Source: an uncultured Gammaproteobacteria bacterium (GTDB lineage: Bacteria > Patescibacteriota > Microgenomatia > Levybacterales > UBA12049). Taken from it: 46,643 nt of DNA. Every line of letters starts with the position of its first letter. The stretch's first letter is position 1. The notes under the pieces are model-generated. The model saw only the letters and a list, made by a program, of their open reading frames with translations. It had not been told where the DNA came from and searched no databases. Shown one piece after another: positions 1 to 9,252 of the stretch. Position numbers and translations under genes: made by a program. The DNA lies in the NCBI GenBank assembly GCA_964624955.1, contig CAZUZF010000002.1, forward strand, positions 1 through 46,643, written 5' to 3'.

Positions 1-934
1 TAAACGGAATAAAAATTAAAAACCATATTCCATACCATGGATATATCTCTTCTCTAATAGGAGAAAGAAGAAAAACTAAAAACATGGAGATTGAGGAAAA
101 TAAAAATATTTTGTCCCAGTTTATTTGTTCTTTTTTTATTTGCTTAATAAAAAGGTAGATAAAAACTGGTATTAGAAAAATGGTTGCAAATTTTATTAAT
201 ATAGATAAAACTAAAAACATTAATCCCAATAATATTTTTTTATTCTTAACTAAATACAAAGAAAGTAAAGCAAAAAACATCATTACAATATCATTATGCG
301 CTGAGACCAATGATTCAAATATAACTAGTGGGTTAAGGGCAAAAATAAGAATTCCTTCTATGTTTTTAGAAAATCTATACATTAAATATAGGGTTAAAAG
401 ATAAAAACACAAAACAAAGAACTTAAGGTTAAATAGTATTATTAAAAACTGTCCAAATCCCAGGACAAAAGGAATTGAAGTTAACAATATCCAAAATGGA
501 CCATATAATGCAGTCTTGTTTGCAGCATGGGTAAAAAGTAAAAGCGGATCATTTGCAAACTGAATGGGCATAATTATATATGGATTTTCCAAATAAGAAA
601 AACTTACTTTTGCAGTAGCTATATAATTGAAAATGTCATAAGAAACGTTTGCGGGATATGACAAAAACAAACCAATAATAGTTATTAGAGTTAAAACAAC
701 TAGATCTTTTTTATTAAGCTTATTTTTGTTAAAAAGCCTAATAAACAAAAAGTAAAAACTAAAAAAAGAGATAATAAATAAGACATATATAAAAGTGGTG
801 ATACCTCTATAATTAAATGCAAAACCGCTGTAAACATTTTTTAAATAAATAAGGTTTGGGTCAACAAAAAGGAAGGAAAAAATAGTAAATAACAAAAGAT
901 TTGTTAAATAACCTAACTTTAATAAGTTCTTCAT
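1..934 (-). CDS. Polytopic membrane protein, partial (C-terminus runs off the left edge). Paralog of 38389..39564; DUF2029/GT87-like GT-C candidate
   Basis: Absent from the ORF track because its stop is off-window. Manual minus-strand translation from ATG at 934 gives MKNLLKLGYLTNLLLFTIFSF...SYDIFNYIATAKV...LVSAHNDIVMMFFALLSLYL...IKFATIFLIPVFIYLF...YPWYGIWFLIFIPF with no stop down to position 1. It aligns motif for motif with the 391-aa protein (SYDLFNYIFDAKI, LVSAHNDFPLVFFALLAIYLYL, IKFSTGVLLPIFVLIYYF, QPWYLIFPLSL). The ATG overlaps the upstream TGA (ATGA). Confidence 0.85.
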   Translation of the reverse strand, partial: MKNLLKLGYLTNLLLFTIFSFLFVDPNLIYLKNVYSGFAFNYRGITTFIYVLFIISFFSFYFLFIRLFNKNKLNKKDLVVLTLITIIGLFLSYPANVSYDIFNYIATAKVSFSYLENPYIIMPIQFANDPLLLFTHAANKTALYGPFWILLTSIPFVLGFGQFLIILFNLKFFVLCFYLLTLYLMYRFSKNIEGILIFALNPLVIFESLVSAHNDIVMMFFALLSLYLVKNKKILLGLMFLVLSILIKFATIFLIPVFIYLFIKQIKKEQINWDKIFLFSSISMFLVFLLSPIREEIYPWYGIWFLIFIPF

Positions 935-1458
935 AAATACTTCTGCCTAAGTTTAATTGAATCTTCGATTATTTCTTTAAGATTAAGTCTTGTTGCTTTA
1001 TCTTTTTCTGGCGTCCACACAAAAGAGTTGGGTAGACGTTTTTGCAAATCCGACAAAACCTCTACGTGTTTTAGAGAAGCTTGGGAAAGAATATTAATAT
1101 TTTGGGATATTTCCTTTCCTTGGTTTTGAGCATTTAACAAATACTGTTTTGTGTTTAAAAAAAACTTATTTGATTTCTCAAGGGCTTGATATCCCAAAAG
1201 GTATTGATTATATTCGAATAAGGTTTTTGCCTCAACTAAATACTTATCTGATTGCTTTAGATTATAAAAAAACTGCCCGAAGTTTCCAAAATACCAGTAC
1301 TTCATCACTTTTTCTTTAACTAAATTTAACTTATAAAATATACTTCCCGGCATAGCTGAAGGGTATGGAAGAACATACTCTGATCTTGCGTATGATAGAG
1401 GAGTTAAAACACAAAAAAGAGAAATAATAATAACTATAAATATAATTTTGACAAACAT
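931..1458 (-). CDS. Secreted hypothetical protein (DUF5667-like helical domain, by recollection)
   Basis: 175-aa ORF. N-terminal signal peptide MFVKIIFIVIIISLFCVLTPLSYA is followed by a YVLPYPS motif and a helical K/N/Q-rich body. ATG at 1458; TGA at 931 overlaps the next start. Confidence 0.75.
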   Translation of the reverse strand: MFVKIIFIVIIISLFCVLTPLSYARSEYVLPYPSAMPGSIFYKLNLVKEKVMKYWYFGNFGQFFYNLKQSDKYLVEAKTLFEYNQYLLGYQALEKSNKFFLNTKQYLLNAQNQGKEISQNINILSQASLKHVEVLSDLQKRLPNSFVWTPEKDKATRLNLKEIIEDSIKLRQKYL

Positions 1459-1459
1459 T

Positions 1460-2434
1460 TTATTCTCTCTGGTGCCATTGCCATGCTGTTTTTATAATAG
1501 TTTCTAAATCAGAATATTTTGGTAAAAATCCTATTTCATTTTTAATCTTTGTGGGATCAGCGACCAGTTCATCTGCGTCTCCTGCTCTTCTTTCTCTTTC
1601 TATAATATTTAGTTTTTTGCCGCTTATCTTCTCAATCTCTTCTAAAATTTCCCTGTTTGAAAATCCTTTTCCTGTTCCAACGTTATAGTAAAAACTACCG
1701 TTACTTTCTGTTATTTTTTTAAGCGCAAGTAAATGGGCCTCAACTAGATCAAGTACATGTATATAGTCTCTTATGCAGGTTCCATCAGGCGTATCATAAT
1801 CTGTACCAAAAAGACTGAAATGCCTTCCCTCAATACCTGCCCTAATTGCAAGGGGAATTATATGAGTTTCAGGATTATGAGTTTCACCCAAAAGCCCGTC
1901 TAAGGCTGCCCCACAGGCGTTAAAATACCTTAAGACACTAAAATTAATCTGCGGATGGTCTTTTATTAAATTATCCAGAAGTCTTTCTACTTCGAGTTTG
2001 TTTTTACCATATTCGCTTGTAGGGTTTTTGGGATGATCCTCGGGTATTGGGACTTTTACAGGGTTTCCGTAAACCGCAGCAGATGAAGAAAAAATCAATT
2101 TATTAACACTTCCAACGTCAATTGCTATATCAAACAAATTTTTGGAACCTATAACATTGTTTTGATAATAAATTTTGGGATTTTTGGTTGATTCTTCAAC
2201 AGAAATGTAACCTGCAAAATGCATTACAGCATCAAATTTGTTTTGGGTAAAAAGTTTTTGCAGCGAGCCTCTATCTTTTATATCACCCAAAATCAATTTT
2301 GCCCTTTGATCAACAGCTTCTTTTCTTCCCCTTTCAAGACTATCAAAAACAACTACCTCATCTCCCCTATCCAAAAGAGCCTTTGTCATAAAGCTTCCTA
2401 TATATCCTGCTCCACCTGTTACCAATATCTTCAT
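1460..2434 (-). CDS. galE: UDP-glucose 4-epimerase (SDR family)
   Basis: 324 aa. Rossmann motif MKILVTGGAGYIGS, SSSAAVYG, catalytic YxxxK (EYGKNK), and C-terminal RAGD...LVADPTK typical of GalE. Confidence 0.93.
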   Translation of the reverse strand: MKILVTGGAGYIGSFMTKALLDRGDEVVVFDSLERGRKEAVDQRAKLILGDIKDRGSLQKLFTQNKFDAVMHFAGYISVEESTKNPKIYYQNNVIGSKNLFDIAIDVGSVNKLIFSSSAAVYGNPVKVPIPEDHPKNPTSEYGKNKLEVERLLDNLIKDHPQINFSVLRYFNACGAALDGLLGETHNPETHIIPLAIRAGIEGRHFSLFGTDYDTPDGTCIRDYIHVLDLVEAHLLALKKITESNGSFYYNVGTGKGFSNREILEEIEKISGKKLNIIERERRAGDADELVADPTKIKNEIGFLPKYSDLETIIKTAWQWHQRE

Positions 2435-4710
2435 ATTTTTATTTTATCCTTTATATAATCTATTAAAGAAAAGCTGGATTTTAGCTGGTTTTTGCGAAGA
2501 TAGCCTATCAAATCATCATAGACTGAAGACTGGTTTACATTAATCCAAATCTTTTTTTCAAAATCTTGCCTTTTGACTTTAGAAAGATCAACTATGTAAA
2601 ACCCTTCGTTTATTACAGGAAGTCCCTTGGGACAGCCTTTGCCATAACAGGAAATACCAATTTTTTTGCCATTTAAATCTGTTTTTCCTTCAAAGCTCAT
2701 TCGAAGAGACAAAGGCATACTTGATGTATACATCTTATACTTAAAATCGTAGATGGAAAATTTTGTATTTGGGAATTTATCGCTTAAGTCTCTTGAAATC
2801 AATTTAGTTTCATTTCCAATAGATTTAAAAGTAAAAACAATGGGAAAGTAAGCTACATTAAAAACCACTACTAGTATAAAAACTAATATACCCAAGTACT
2901 TTACCCATTTATTTTTAAAATCTAAAAGTTCATTTATTAAATGAGTCGCAAAAATAAGAATAAATGGCAAGAAGTATAAAAGATAACCCTCTGATCTTTC
3001 TCCTTTATAAAATCTATTTACAAACAATAAAATCATAAATATTATGCCCAAAGCTATAAAAACCTTGGAAATGTTTCTTTTTAAAACCGAATAAATAAAC
3101 ATTAAAAAGCTTGAAATAAATAACAAAAATCCAACTACAGGAAAATTTCCCACAACAAATCCCCAGTAACTTGGGACATAATTAAAAACAAATAATCTCC
3201 AGGAATTGGGAACATAGATCCTATACTGACCAATTAAGAGATAATCAAGTATATTTCTTGTATTGGAAAAGTCTTGAAAATAATCCCAGTATAAAAGAGG
3301 CAGGGATGTCAGTAAAAGTCCCAAAAATACAAGAATAAAAGAAATTAATCGCTTTTTAAAAGAAAGAGGCGTTATGATAAAAGCTACAGGTAAAAATATT
3401 AAAAGATTTACAGCTTGATAATGGAAAGATATCCCAAGTCCAATAAAAATACCCATTAAAAATGCAAAAAGTAATTTTTTTCTCTGCCATAGTATTACAA
3501 AGAAGATTAGAGCAAGTGTTGCAAACATTGGTATGAAAGTGTGCGGACCTAGGGAAAGTGTTCTTGCTAAAAGCTGAGGAGAAACACAGGCAAGAATACC
3601 TAGTATAATTGAAAACTTTTCTCCTTTAAGTATCTTTCCCAAATACATCAAAAATCCAACCGTTGCAATACTTACTACTTCTAAAAATATCCAAGGGGCA
3701 TTTATCATAAAAGGCAAAACTAAATAAGCTGCCATTATAAACCAATAATAAATACCTCCAAAAACAAATGGGCCAGCACTGCTAAAAGGACCCATTAAGG
3801 GTAGCTCGTGGCGTTTTAAAGCTTCTAATGCGATCATTGCATCTCTTCCATCATCTCCGCCAAGCCCCCAACGGTCAGGAAAATTATAAAAACGGATAAG
3901 AGATGCAATTAAAAGTATAACTATAAACAAAAATTTATACGCTCCCAAATACTTTATATATGAAATCGGAAACCTTAGCGCTGAAAACAAAGAAAAGGTA
4001 AAACCTTGCCAAGAATCCATAAAGCCCTTATGTCTAAAAAATGTAGTTATAAGCCAATGCGTTGGTAATACAAAAAGATTCATAACGGCAAAAAACAATT
4101 TTTGAAAAATATTTTTCCCTTTAAGCTGGTCATTTATCTGGGTTGCAAAAATATTGTTATAAAAATCCCATTTCTTAACATAATGTTTAAAACTTGCGTA
4201 GGGATAATGAAGAAGTGCAGATTTTAAGTAACCTACTTTTCCGCTAACTTCTGCCTGTTCATGAACGTGGACCATGGGTAGCCTTCCCTTTCCCCTTCTA
4301 TATAACCTTAGAGTGTAATCGGGATATTGTCCGCCCTTCATCAGAAACCTTCCCAAAAACCAATTTTTCCTTGGCATCCAGTATCCGTTAAATTCTCCAT
4401 TATCGTTTTCCAAAATATTCTTAATTTCCTCTCTCATTTCCCTGCTTACATGTTCATCCGCATCCATTTGTAGAATCCAATCGCATTTGGCCATTTCTAT
4501 AGCCATTTGCTTATTTATATGGAAATTGGGTTTATTGGTGGTAATTTTTACTCTTGCTTTGTATTTTTTAGCAATTTCTACTGTTTTATCTTTAGAAGTA
4601 CCATCAACAATTATTATTTCATCTGCAATATCTTTAAAGCTTTCAAGACAGGCTGGAAGGTTTCTTTCCTCATTAAATGTGGCCAAAACAACGGATAAAG
4701 TTTTTCTCAT
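2431..4710 (-). CDS. Fusion protein: N-terminal GT2 glycosyltransferase domain plus C-terminal polytopic GT-C-like membrane domain
   Basis: 759 aa. Residues 1 to about 230 carry GT2 motifs (LSVVLATFNEERNL, IIIVDGTSKDKT, QMDADEHV) and are paralogous to the stand-alone GT2s at 25770 and 27427. The remainder is more than 10 TM helices with the loop motif GGDDGRDAM...GPFSSAGPFVFGGIYYW, shared with the 444-aa and 503-aa membrane proteins. Confidence 0.9.
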   Translation of the reverse strand: MRKTLSVVLATFNEERNLPACLESFKDIADEIIIVDGTSKDKTVEIAKKYKARVKITTNKPNFHINKQMAIEMAKCDWILQMDADEHVSREMREEIKNILENDNGEFNGYWMPRKNWFLGRFLMKGGQYPDYTLRLYRRGKGRLPMVHVHEQAEVSGKVGYLKSALLHYPYASFKHYVKKWDFYNNIFATQINDQLKGKNIFQKLFFAVMNLFVLPTHWLITTFFRHKGFMDSWQGFTFSLFSALRFPISYIKYLGAYKFLFIVILLIASLIRFYNFPDRWGLGGDDGRDAMIALEALKRHELPLMGPFSSAGPFVFGGIYYWFIMAAYLVLPFMINAPWIFLEVVSIATVGFLMYLGKILKGEKFSIILGILACVSPQLLARTLSLGPHTFIPMFATLALIFFVILWQRKKLLFAFLMGIFIGLGISFHYQAVNLLIFLPVAFIITPLSFKKRLISFILVFLGLLLTSLPLLYWDYFQDFSNTRNILDYLLIGQYRIYVPNSWRLFVFNYVPSYWGFVVGNFPVVGFLLFISSFLMFIYSVLKRNISKVFIALGIIFMILLFVNRFYKGERSEGYLLYFLPFILIFATHLINELLDFKNKWVKYLGILVFILVVVFNVAYFPIVFTFKSIGNETKLISRDLSDKFPNTKFSIYDFKYKMYTSSMPLSLRMSFEGKTDLNGKKIGISCYGKGCPKGLPVINEGFYIVDLSKVKRQDFEKKIWINVNQSSVYDDLIGYLRKNQLKSSFSLIDYIKDKIKI

Positions 4711-4717
4711 AACATTA

Positions 4718-6376
4718 TTATAACTGATGGGCTTTTCTTTTCGCTAAGCCTATTAATAAAAGTCCTAAAATACCAACTACGCTTGTAAACGAAATCAAAT
4801 CAGACATTGTTCTCAGTTTTGTATTCTCATAAATTGCTTCAATTGTATGAGGTCTTCCTGTTACTATAAAGGTCATAAGGCCTCTGTAGTTTGGATCTTG
4901 AAACTGCATAATCTGTTTTTTACCATCTACATATATTATCCAGTTGGGAAAATATAAAATATTTACTAAAATCCTGGCACTTTGGTCTGATTTGAATTCA
5001 TATTTTCTATACGTTGTTTTATGAATAATTTCCTTAACGCTTCCTTTTCCTTCAATAACCTCAATTGGCGATTTAGGAAAATGCTCCATAAACCTTACAG
5101 ACCAGATAGGAGAACTTTCACCGGTGTCTGTGGTGCTTTTATACAAACCGTTCTCAAACTTATCCAGCGTATAAAAATATCCCTGGGGAATTGTATAACG
5201 AATGTTAAGTACCACTACCAGTATTATCAAAACTAAAATTACAAATGTCTTGTGTTTTTGTTTTATTTGTTCAGAGATCAAAGCTCCCAAGACAGATGTT
5301 GTAAATACGATTAAACCTAAAAATCTCCAGGGAAACTGGAAATTTTGCAGTAGAATTACCCTTGACCAGATAAAGTCAGAAACCGAAGACATTATAAAAA
5401 TAGAAAGAAGCGTAAACACTAAAAGACCTAGGACTAAATATAAGCTTTTATCTTTTTTTAAATATAATTTAAAAGCAATGAAGGGTGAGGCTATTAATGC
5501 AATAAGATGTACTATTCCAATTTGTATGCTAAATACTCCGCTTCCTCCAAAACTCCATGGTCCGTAAATTAAATTACCTAAATTTATAAAATTGGTTTTA
5601 TATACGCCTTGGGTCACTATATTTCTTAAAGTGTATTTTCCCTCAATCAAAGCTGGAAGCCAGAAAAACATTGAAAACGTAAAACCCAAACCAAACTGAA
5701 CTAAAAATTTAATAAGAAAACTTTTATCAAACTTTAATTTCCACCATAAAAACAATCCATATAAAAAAATTAAGGGAATTGTAATTAAGGAAATTGCATT
5801 ATGCGAAAGTATTAAAAAAGCAATTGAGAAAGACCCCAAAGACAAACTCAGATAGTCTTTTTTAACGCTTAACTTGTGTATAAAGTACAACGAGAGTGGA
5901 ATAAACGCAAAAGCGAGGTTTTCTCCTATATCCCCTCTTACAAATAAATCAATAAATCTATAGGGCGCATAAGCATATAAAACAGCTCCTAAAAGCGAAG
6001 AGCTTCTGGCCATAAACTGCTTTAGCCAAAGATACATAAAACAAAAAGACAAAATTTCACCCAATATATAAACTATTTTTGCTGAGTCCATAAATGAAAA
6101 GCCAAAAAGAACGAATAATGACGCTATATATGAAGGCAGGGGATATAAAAATTGCAAAATTGGATGGCCGTATCCCCAATTTAAAATTGATGCCCATCTT
6201 GGAATAAGTATCCCTTCGGAAAGATTTTGATAAAAAGCCATTATCCTTGCCACATGATCAACTCCATCATGGGTTTGAGGAAGTCCGGGGGCAAACAAAG
6301 ACCAAACAGGAATAAAAGCCAAAATTATAAAAAATAATATAAAAATAAGATTAGATTTCTTTATTTGTTTTAACAT
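4718..6376 (-). CDS. PTPS-related / COG5617-like polytopic membrane protein (GT-C candidate)
   Basis: 552 aa, multi-TM. First-loop motif HDGVDHVARIMAFYQNLSEGILIPRWASILNWGYGHPILQFLYPLP. C-terminal module YFPNWIIYVDGKK. Paralog of 16520, 30493 and 32178. Confidence 0.88.
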   Translation of the reverse strand: MLKQIKKSNLIFILFFIILAFIPVWSLFAPGLPQTHDGVDHVARIMAFYQNLSEGILIPRWASILNWGYGHPILQFLYPLPSYIASLFVLFGFSFMDSAKIVYILGEILSFCFMYLWLKQFMARSSSLLGAVLYAYAPYRFIDLFVRGDIGENLAFAFIPLSLYFIHKLSVKKDYLSLSLGSFSIAFLILSHNAISLITIPLIFLYGLFLWWKLKFDKSFLIKFLVQFGLGFTFSMFFWLPALIEGKYTLRNIVTQGVYKTNFINLGNLIYGPWSFGGSGVFSIQIGIVHLIALIASPFIAFKLYLKKDKSLYLVLGLLVFTLLSIFIMSSVSDFIWSRVILLQNFQFPWRFLGLIVFTTSVLGALISEQIKQKHKTFVILVLIILVVVLNIRYTIPQGYFYTLDKFENGLYKSTTDTGESSPIWSVRFMEHFPKSPIEVIEGKGSVKEIIHKTTYRKYEFKSDQSARILVNILYFPNWIIYVDGKKQIMQFQDPNYRGLMTFIVTGRPHTIEAIYENTKLRTMSDLISFTSVVGILGLLLIGLAKRKAHQL

Positions 6377-6431
6377 TTCAACTTAATTTTGCTTAAGTCC
6401 AATTCTTCCAAAGCAAGTATTGTTTTAAAAA

Positions 6432-7736
6432 TCACTTTTTATTAGCTTTTCCATATACGTCAACTCCTTTTTGCTTCATAAGATAATAATAAATATATGA
6501 CTCTGAAACTCCTACCTGAAACTCTATACGCCTTCCTTCATCCACTGCTTTTTGAGCATTTTGAGTTTTTATAACTAAATTTCCCTCATCTTTATAGGGA
6601 AGATATGCTGATATACCAAAAAAACAATAGACTAATAAAAACACCAAAACAACTATTTTGGATAAAATGTGTCTTTTGTTCCACAATAGATTGATAAAAA
6701 AGGAAATTATTAAAACAGCAATAAACTTGTTTGTTATAAAATAATAATCACTTATCTCACCACTATAAACTGTGAATACAAGCCAAGGAACCATAAACCA
6801 TAAGACAACTAAGTAAGAAAATATTCTTTTTTCTCTTGTAAATGATTTAAATAAATAGGCAAATATAAAAAGAGGGAGTAAAAAAATCTTAAAAGGTTTT
6901 AATATGTCCAACACCAAAAATTGATCAAATTGAATAAAGGCATCGCCTATAATCTGGAGCATTCTTGTTAAATGAAAACCATGGAAATAGGTGGAAAAAT
7001 ATGACGCTGTATTTGAGCCATAGCTCGCATTGGTTAAAGAGAAAAGTAAATTTGGAATAATCCAAATAATAAATACGCCAAATGACAAAAGAATATATTT
7101 TAAGGTTTTTCTAGTCTTTGGCAAAAAGGGGAGAGCTAAAAATACAATTATTGGAAAAAAAATGGCAGTAAAATGCAGATTAAAAGCGATTCCAATTGTA
7201 AAAAAAAGTAAAATTAATTTTTTGACTTCTCCCAAGGACACTTTATATAAAAGATAGAAAATAATCAGCGAGACTGCTGGAAGAAGTTGAACAGGCCATT
7301 GGATTCCTTCAAAAATCAGTGTTTTGTAATTAAACGCATATATCAAAACTGCAATGACAGCTACCTGATAATTAAAAAGTTTTTTGGCAATTAAAAACAA
7401 TACCCAGAAATTAAATAAGGCAGTTAAAAGAGCAATCACTTGGCTAGCTTGCGGATGAAGGTTAAAAACCCAGTAAAAAAATGAAACAAGATAATAATAT
7501 GCTGGACCTATGTAGACCCCGCTATTTGCTTTCGCAACCATTCCAACCAGAGGAAATTGGTTATTAACTAAAATATTTTTTGCTGCCCACGCATTGTCTA
7601 CCTGGTCATAACCAAAAGGATATTTTATATCCATCTGATAAATTCTTAAAAAGAAATATGCTAGAAAGATAGCAATTATAAAAACTAGTTTTTTATGCTT
7701 TTTCAAAAGCTTAAAACCATTTTTAATGTGCTTCAT
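6432..7736 (-). CDS. Polytopic membrane protein, GT-C-like ('D-x-GRD' family paralog)
   Basis: The ORF-track start at 7766 is TTG and overlaps the upstream gene by 26 nt. The first ATG (MKHIKNGFKLL) is at 7736, 4 nt after the upstream stop. Loop motif YPFGYDQVDNAWAAKNIL...GVYIGPAYYYL is shared with 7741..9252 and the C-terminal half of 2431..4710. Confidence 0.85.
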   Translation of the reverse strand: MKHIKNGFKLLKKHKKLVFIIAIFLAYFFLRIYQMDIKYPFGYDQVDNAWAAKNILVNNQFPLVGMVAKANSGVYIGPAYYYLVSFFYWVFNLHPQASQVIALLTALFNFWVLFLIAKKLFNYQVAVIAVLIYAFNYKTLIFEGIQWPVQLLPAVSLIIFYLLYKVSLGEVKKLILLFFTIGIAFNLHFTAIFFPIIVFLALPFLPKTRKTLKYILLSFGVFIIWIIPNLLFSLTNASYGSNTASYFSTYFHGFHLTRMLQIIGDAFIQFDQFLVLDILKPFKIFLLPLFIFAYLFKSFTREKRIFSYLVVLWFMVPWLVFTVYSGEISDYYFITNKFIAVLIISFFINLLWNKRHILSKIVVLVFLLVYCFFGISAYLPYKDEGNLVIKTQNAQKAVDEGRRIEFQVGVSESYIYYYLMKQKGVDVYGKANKK

Positions 7737-7740
7737 AAAA

Positions 7741-9252
7741 TTAATGAATTCTTGTTTGAACAACAATGCCTCCTTTAAGAGTTTCTAATTTTATTATTTT
7801 TCCATCGTTTTCCCTATCCCTTAACCACCACTTAGGCCTGTCTTCATATCCCGGATCTGGTTCTATAATAAAAAATGCCGTTCTTGCCTCTTCATTTGTA
7901 GAATAATGATAAATCTTGGGTCCATACCACATAAAAAGGTATCTGTATGTATAGTCAAAAACAGGAGGCGTATAGACAACGTATTTAAAATCTTTGCCAT
8001 TTGCCTGCCTATATACATAATCAACAACAGCAAGCTGATTCCTATAAACTGACGCGTTTCCCTCAAACAAGGGGGTGTTAAAACCTTTTATTTGTGACAC
8101 AGGGTCTAAATTAACTATTAATAAAAGGATAATGATAAATGCGGGGATAGTAACGTTTAATCTTTTGTACACCAAGTACAAGCTTAGAGAAAAAAGAAAA
8201 ATATAAACTACAGGCAATCCAACCAGATAATGGGGCCATAAGGCGCGGCTAAAAATAACTGTTCCCGCAAAAAAAACTAACAATATCGTAACTTGTGTAA
8301 CTATAAACTTCTTAATAATGTCCGAAGACTTTCTATAGAAAAAAAGTATCGCTGTCACGATAAAAATAATTAGCGATAAGCCCAAAATTTGATTATTGAA
8401 TGAAAGTGAATTAGTGAAAAGATCAAAAAAACTAAAAACCCTGTTTTCTAATATTTGTAAAAAGGTCAATGGGTCTTCTGTTGAATTTTTGCTAAGTAAA
8501 AATGCTATAAAAGATTTTGTCATTAAAAAACCGTGCTTGAGTTCAAAAAAGATCCTCGGCGTTGCAATTATTAATGCGCCTAATGCGAAAAATATTATTT
8601 GTTTAATTTTTATTTTTTTATTAAGAACAATTATTAGTGAAGCTATTACTGAAAGAGAAAATAACAATCCCCACAATATCTCAAGATCAATATTTATTGC
8701 CAAAAATAAACCGATCAGGAAAAAATATTTATTGCTTGCTTTTTTCTCAAATGTATAAATTTTATATAAGCAAAAAAAGGATAAAAGAACGAATAAGGGT
8801 GCAATATTAGGATTCCAAATTTGAGCTGATAAAGAGATTAAGGCAGGAGACACGCTGGTTAGAATTGCAAAAGAAATTGCTAAAAAATTACCTCCTATTT
8901 TTTTGCCGATTAAGTAAGCTATGAGAATTGAAGCTATGCCAAAAAGTGCCATTGTAAAAGCAATCCCTGCAGGGTCACCTTGAAAAATAACAAAAAAGGG
9001 TGTAAGCATGTAGTACCACCAAGGGCCGTAAAATACACCTTGAATACCTGTTGTAGCGCCAATAAACATAAGATCGTGGTTTACGACAATATTATAAAGG
9101 GCAAGCATGTCTCTTCCCACGTCATAGGTATAGGCAAAAGAATTGGTTAAAACACCCTGTAATCTTAAAAAACTGCCAATCAGTACAAAAACACCCAGAA
9201 TTAAAAATTCTTTGTTTAAAAAATTAGATAATTTTATATCTTTTAATTTCAT
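7741..9252 (-). CDS. Polytopic membrane protein, GT-C-like ('D-x-GRD' family paralog)
   Basis: 503 aa, more than 10 TM helices. Motif YTYDVGRDMLALYNIV...GVFYGPWWYYM. Soluble C-terminal domain. ATGA overlap with the upstream gene. Confidence 0.87.
   Translation of the reverse strand: MKLKDIKLSNFLNKEFLILGVFVLIGSFLRLQGVLTNSFAYTYDVGRDMLALYNIVVNHDLMFIGATTGIQGVFYGPWWYYMLTPFFVIFQGDPAGIAFTMALFGIASILIAYLIGKKIGGNFLAISFAILTSVSPALISLSAQIWNPNIAPLFVLLSFFCLYKIYTFEKKASNKYFFLIGLFLAINIDLEILWGLLFSLSVIASLIIVLNKKIKIKQIIFFALGALIIATPRIFFELKHGFLMTKSFIAFLLSKNSTEDPLTFLQILENRVFSFFDLFTNSLSFNNQILGLSLIIFIVTAILFFYRKSSDIIKKFIVTQVTILLVFFAGTVIFSRALWPHYLVGLPVVYIFLFSLSLYLVYKRLNVTIPAFIIILLLIVNLDPVSQIKGFNTPLFEGNASVYRNQLAVVDYVYRQANGKDFKYVVYTPPVFDYTYRYLFMWYGPKIYHYSTNEEARTAFFIIEPDPGYEDRPKWWLRDRENDGKIIKLETLKGGIVVQTRIH

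Noticed and set aside
180-404. 74-aa plus-strand ORF at the left edge
   Set aside because: It is antisense to the partial membrane-protein gene (1..934), which is supported by strong paralogy to 38389..39564.
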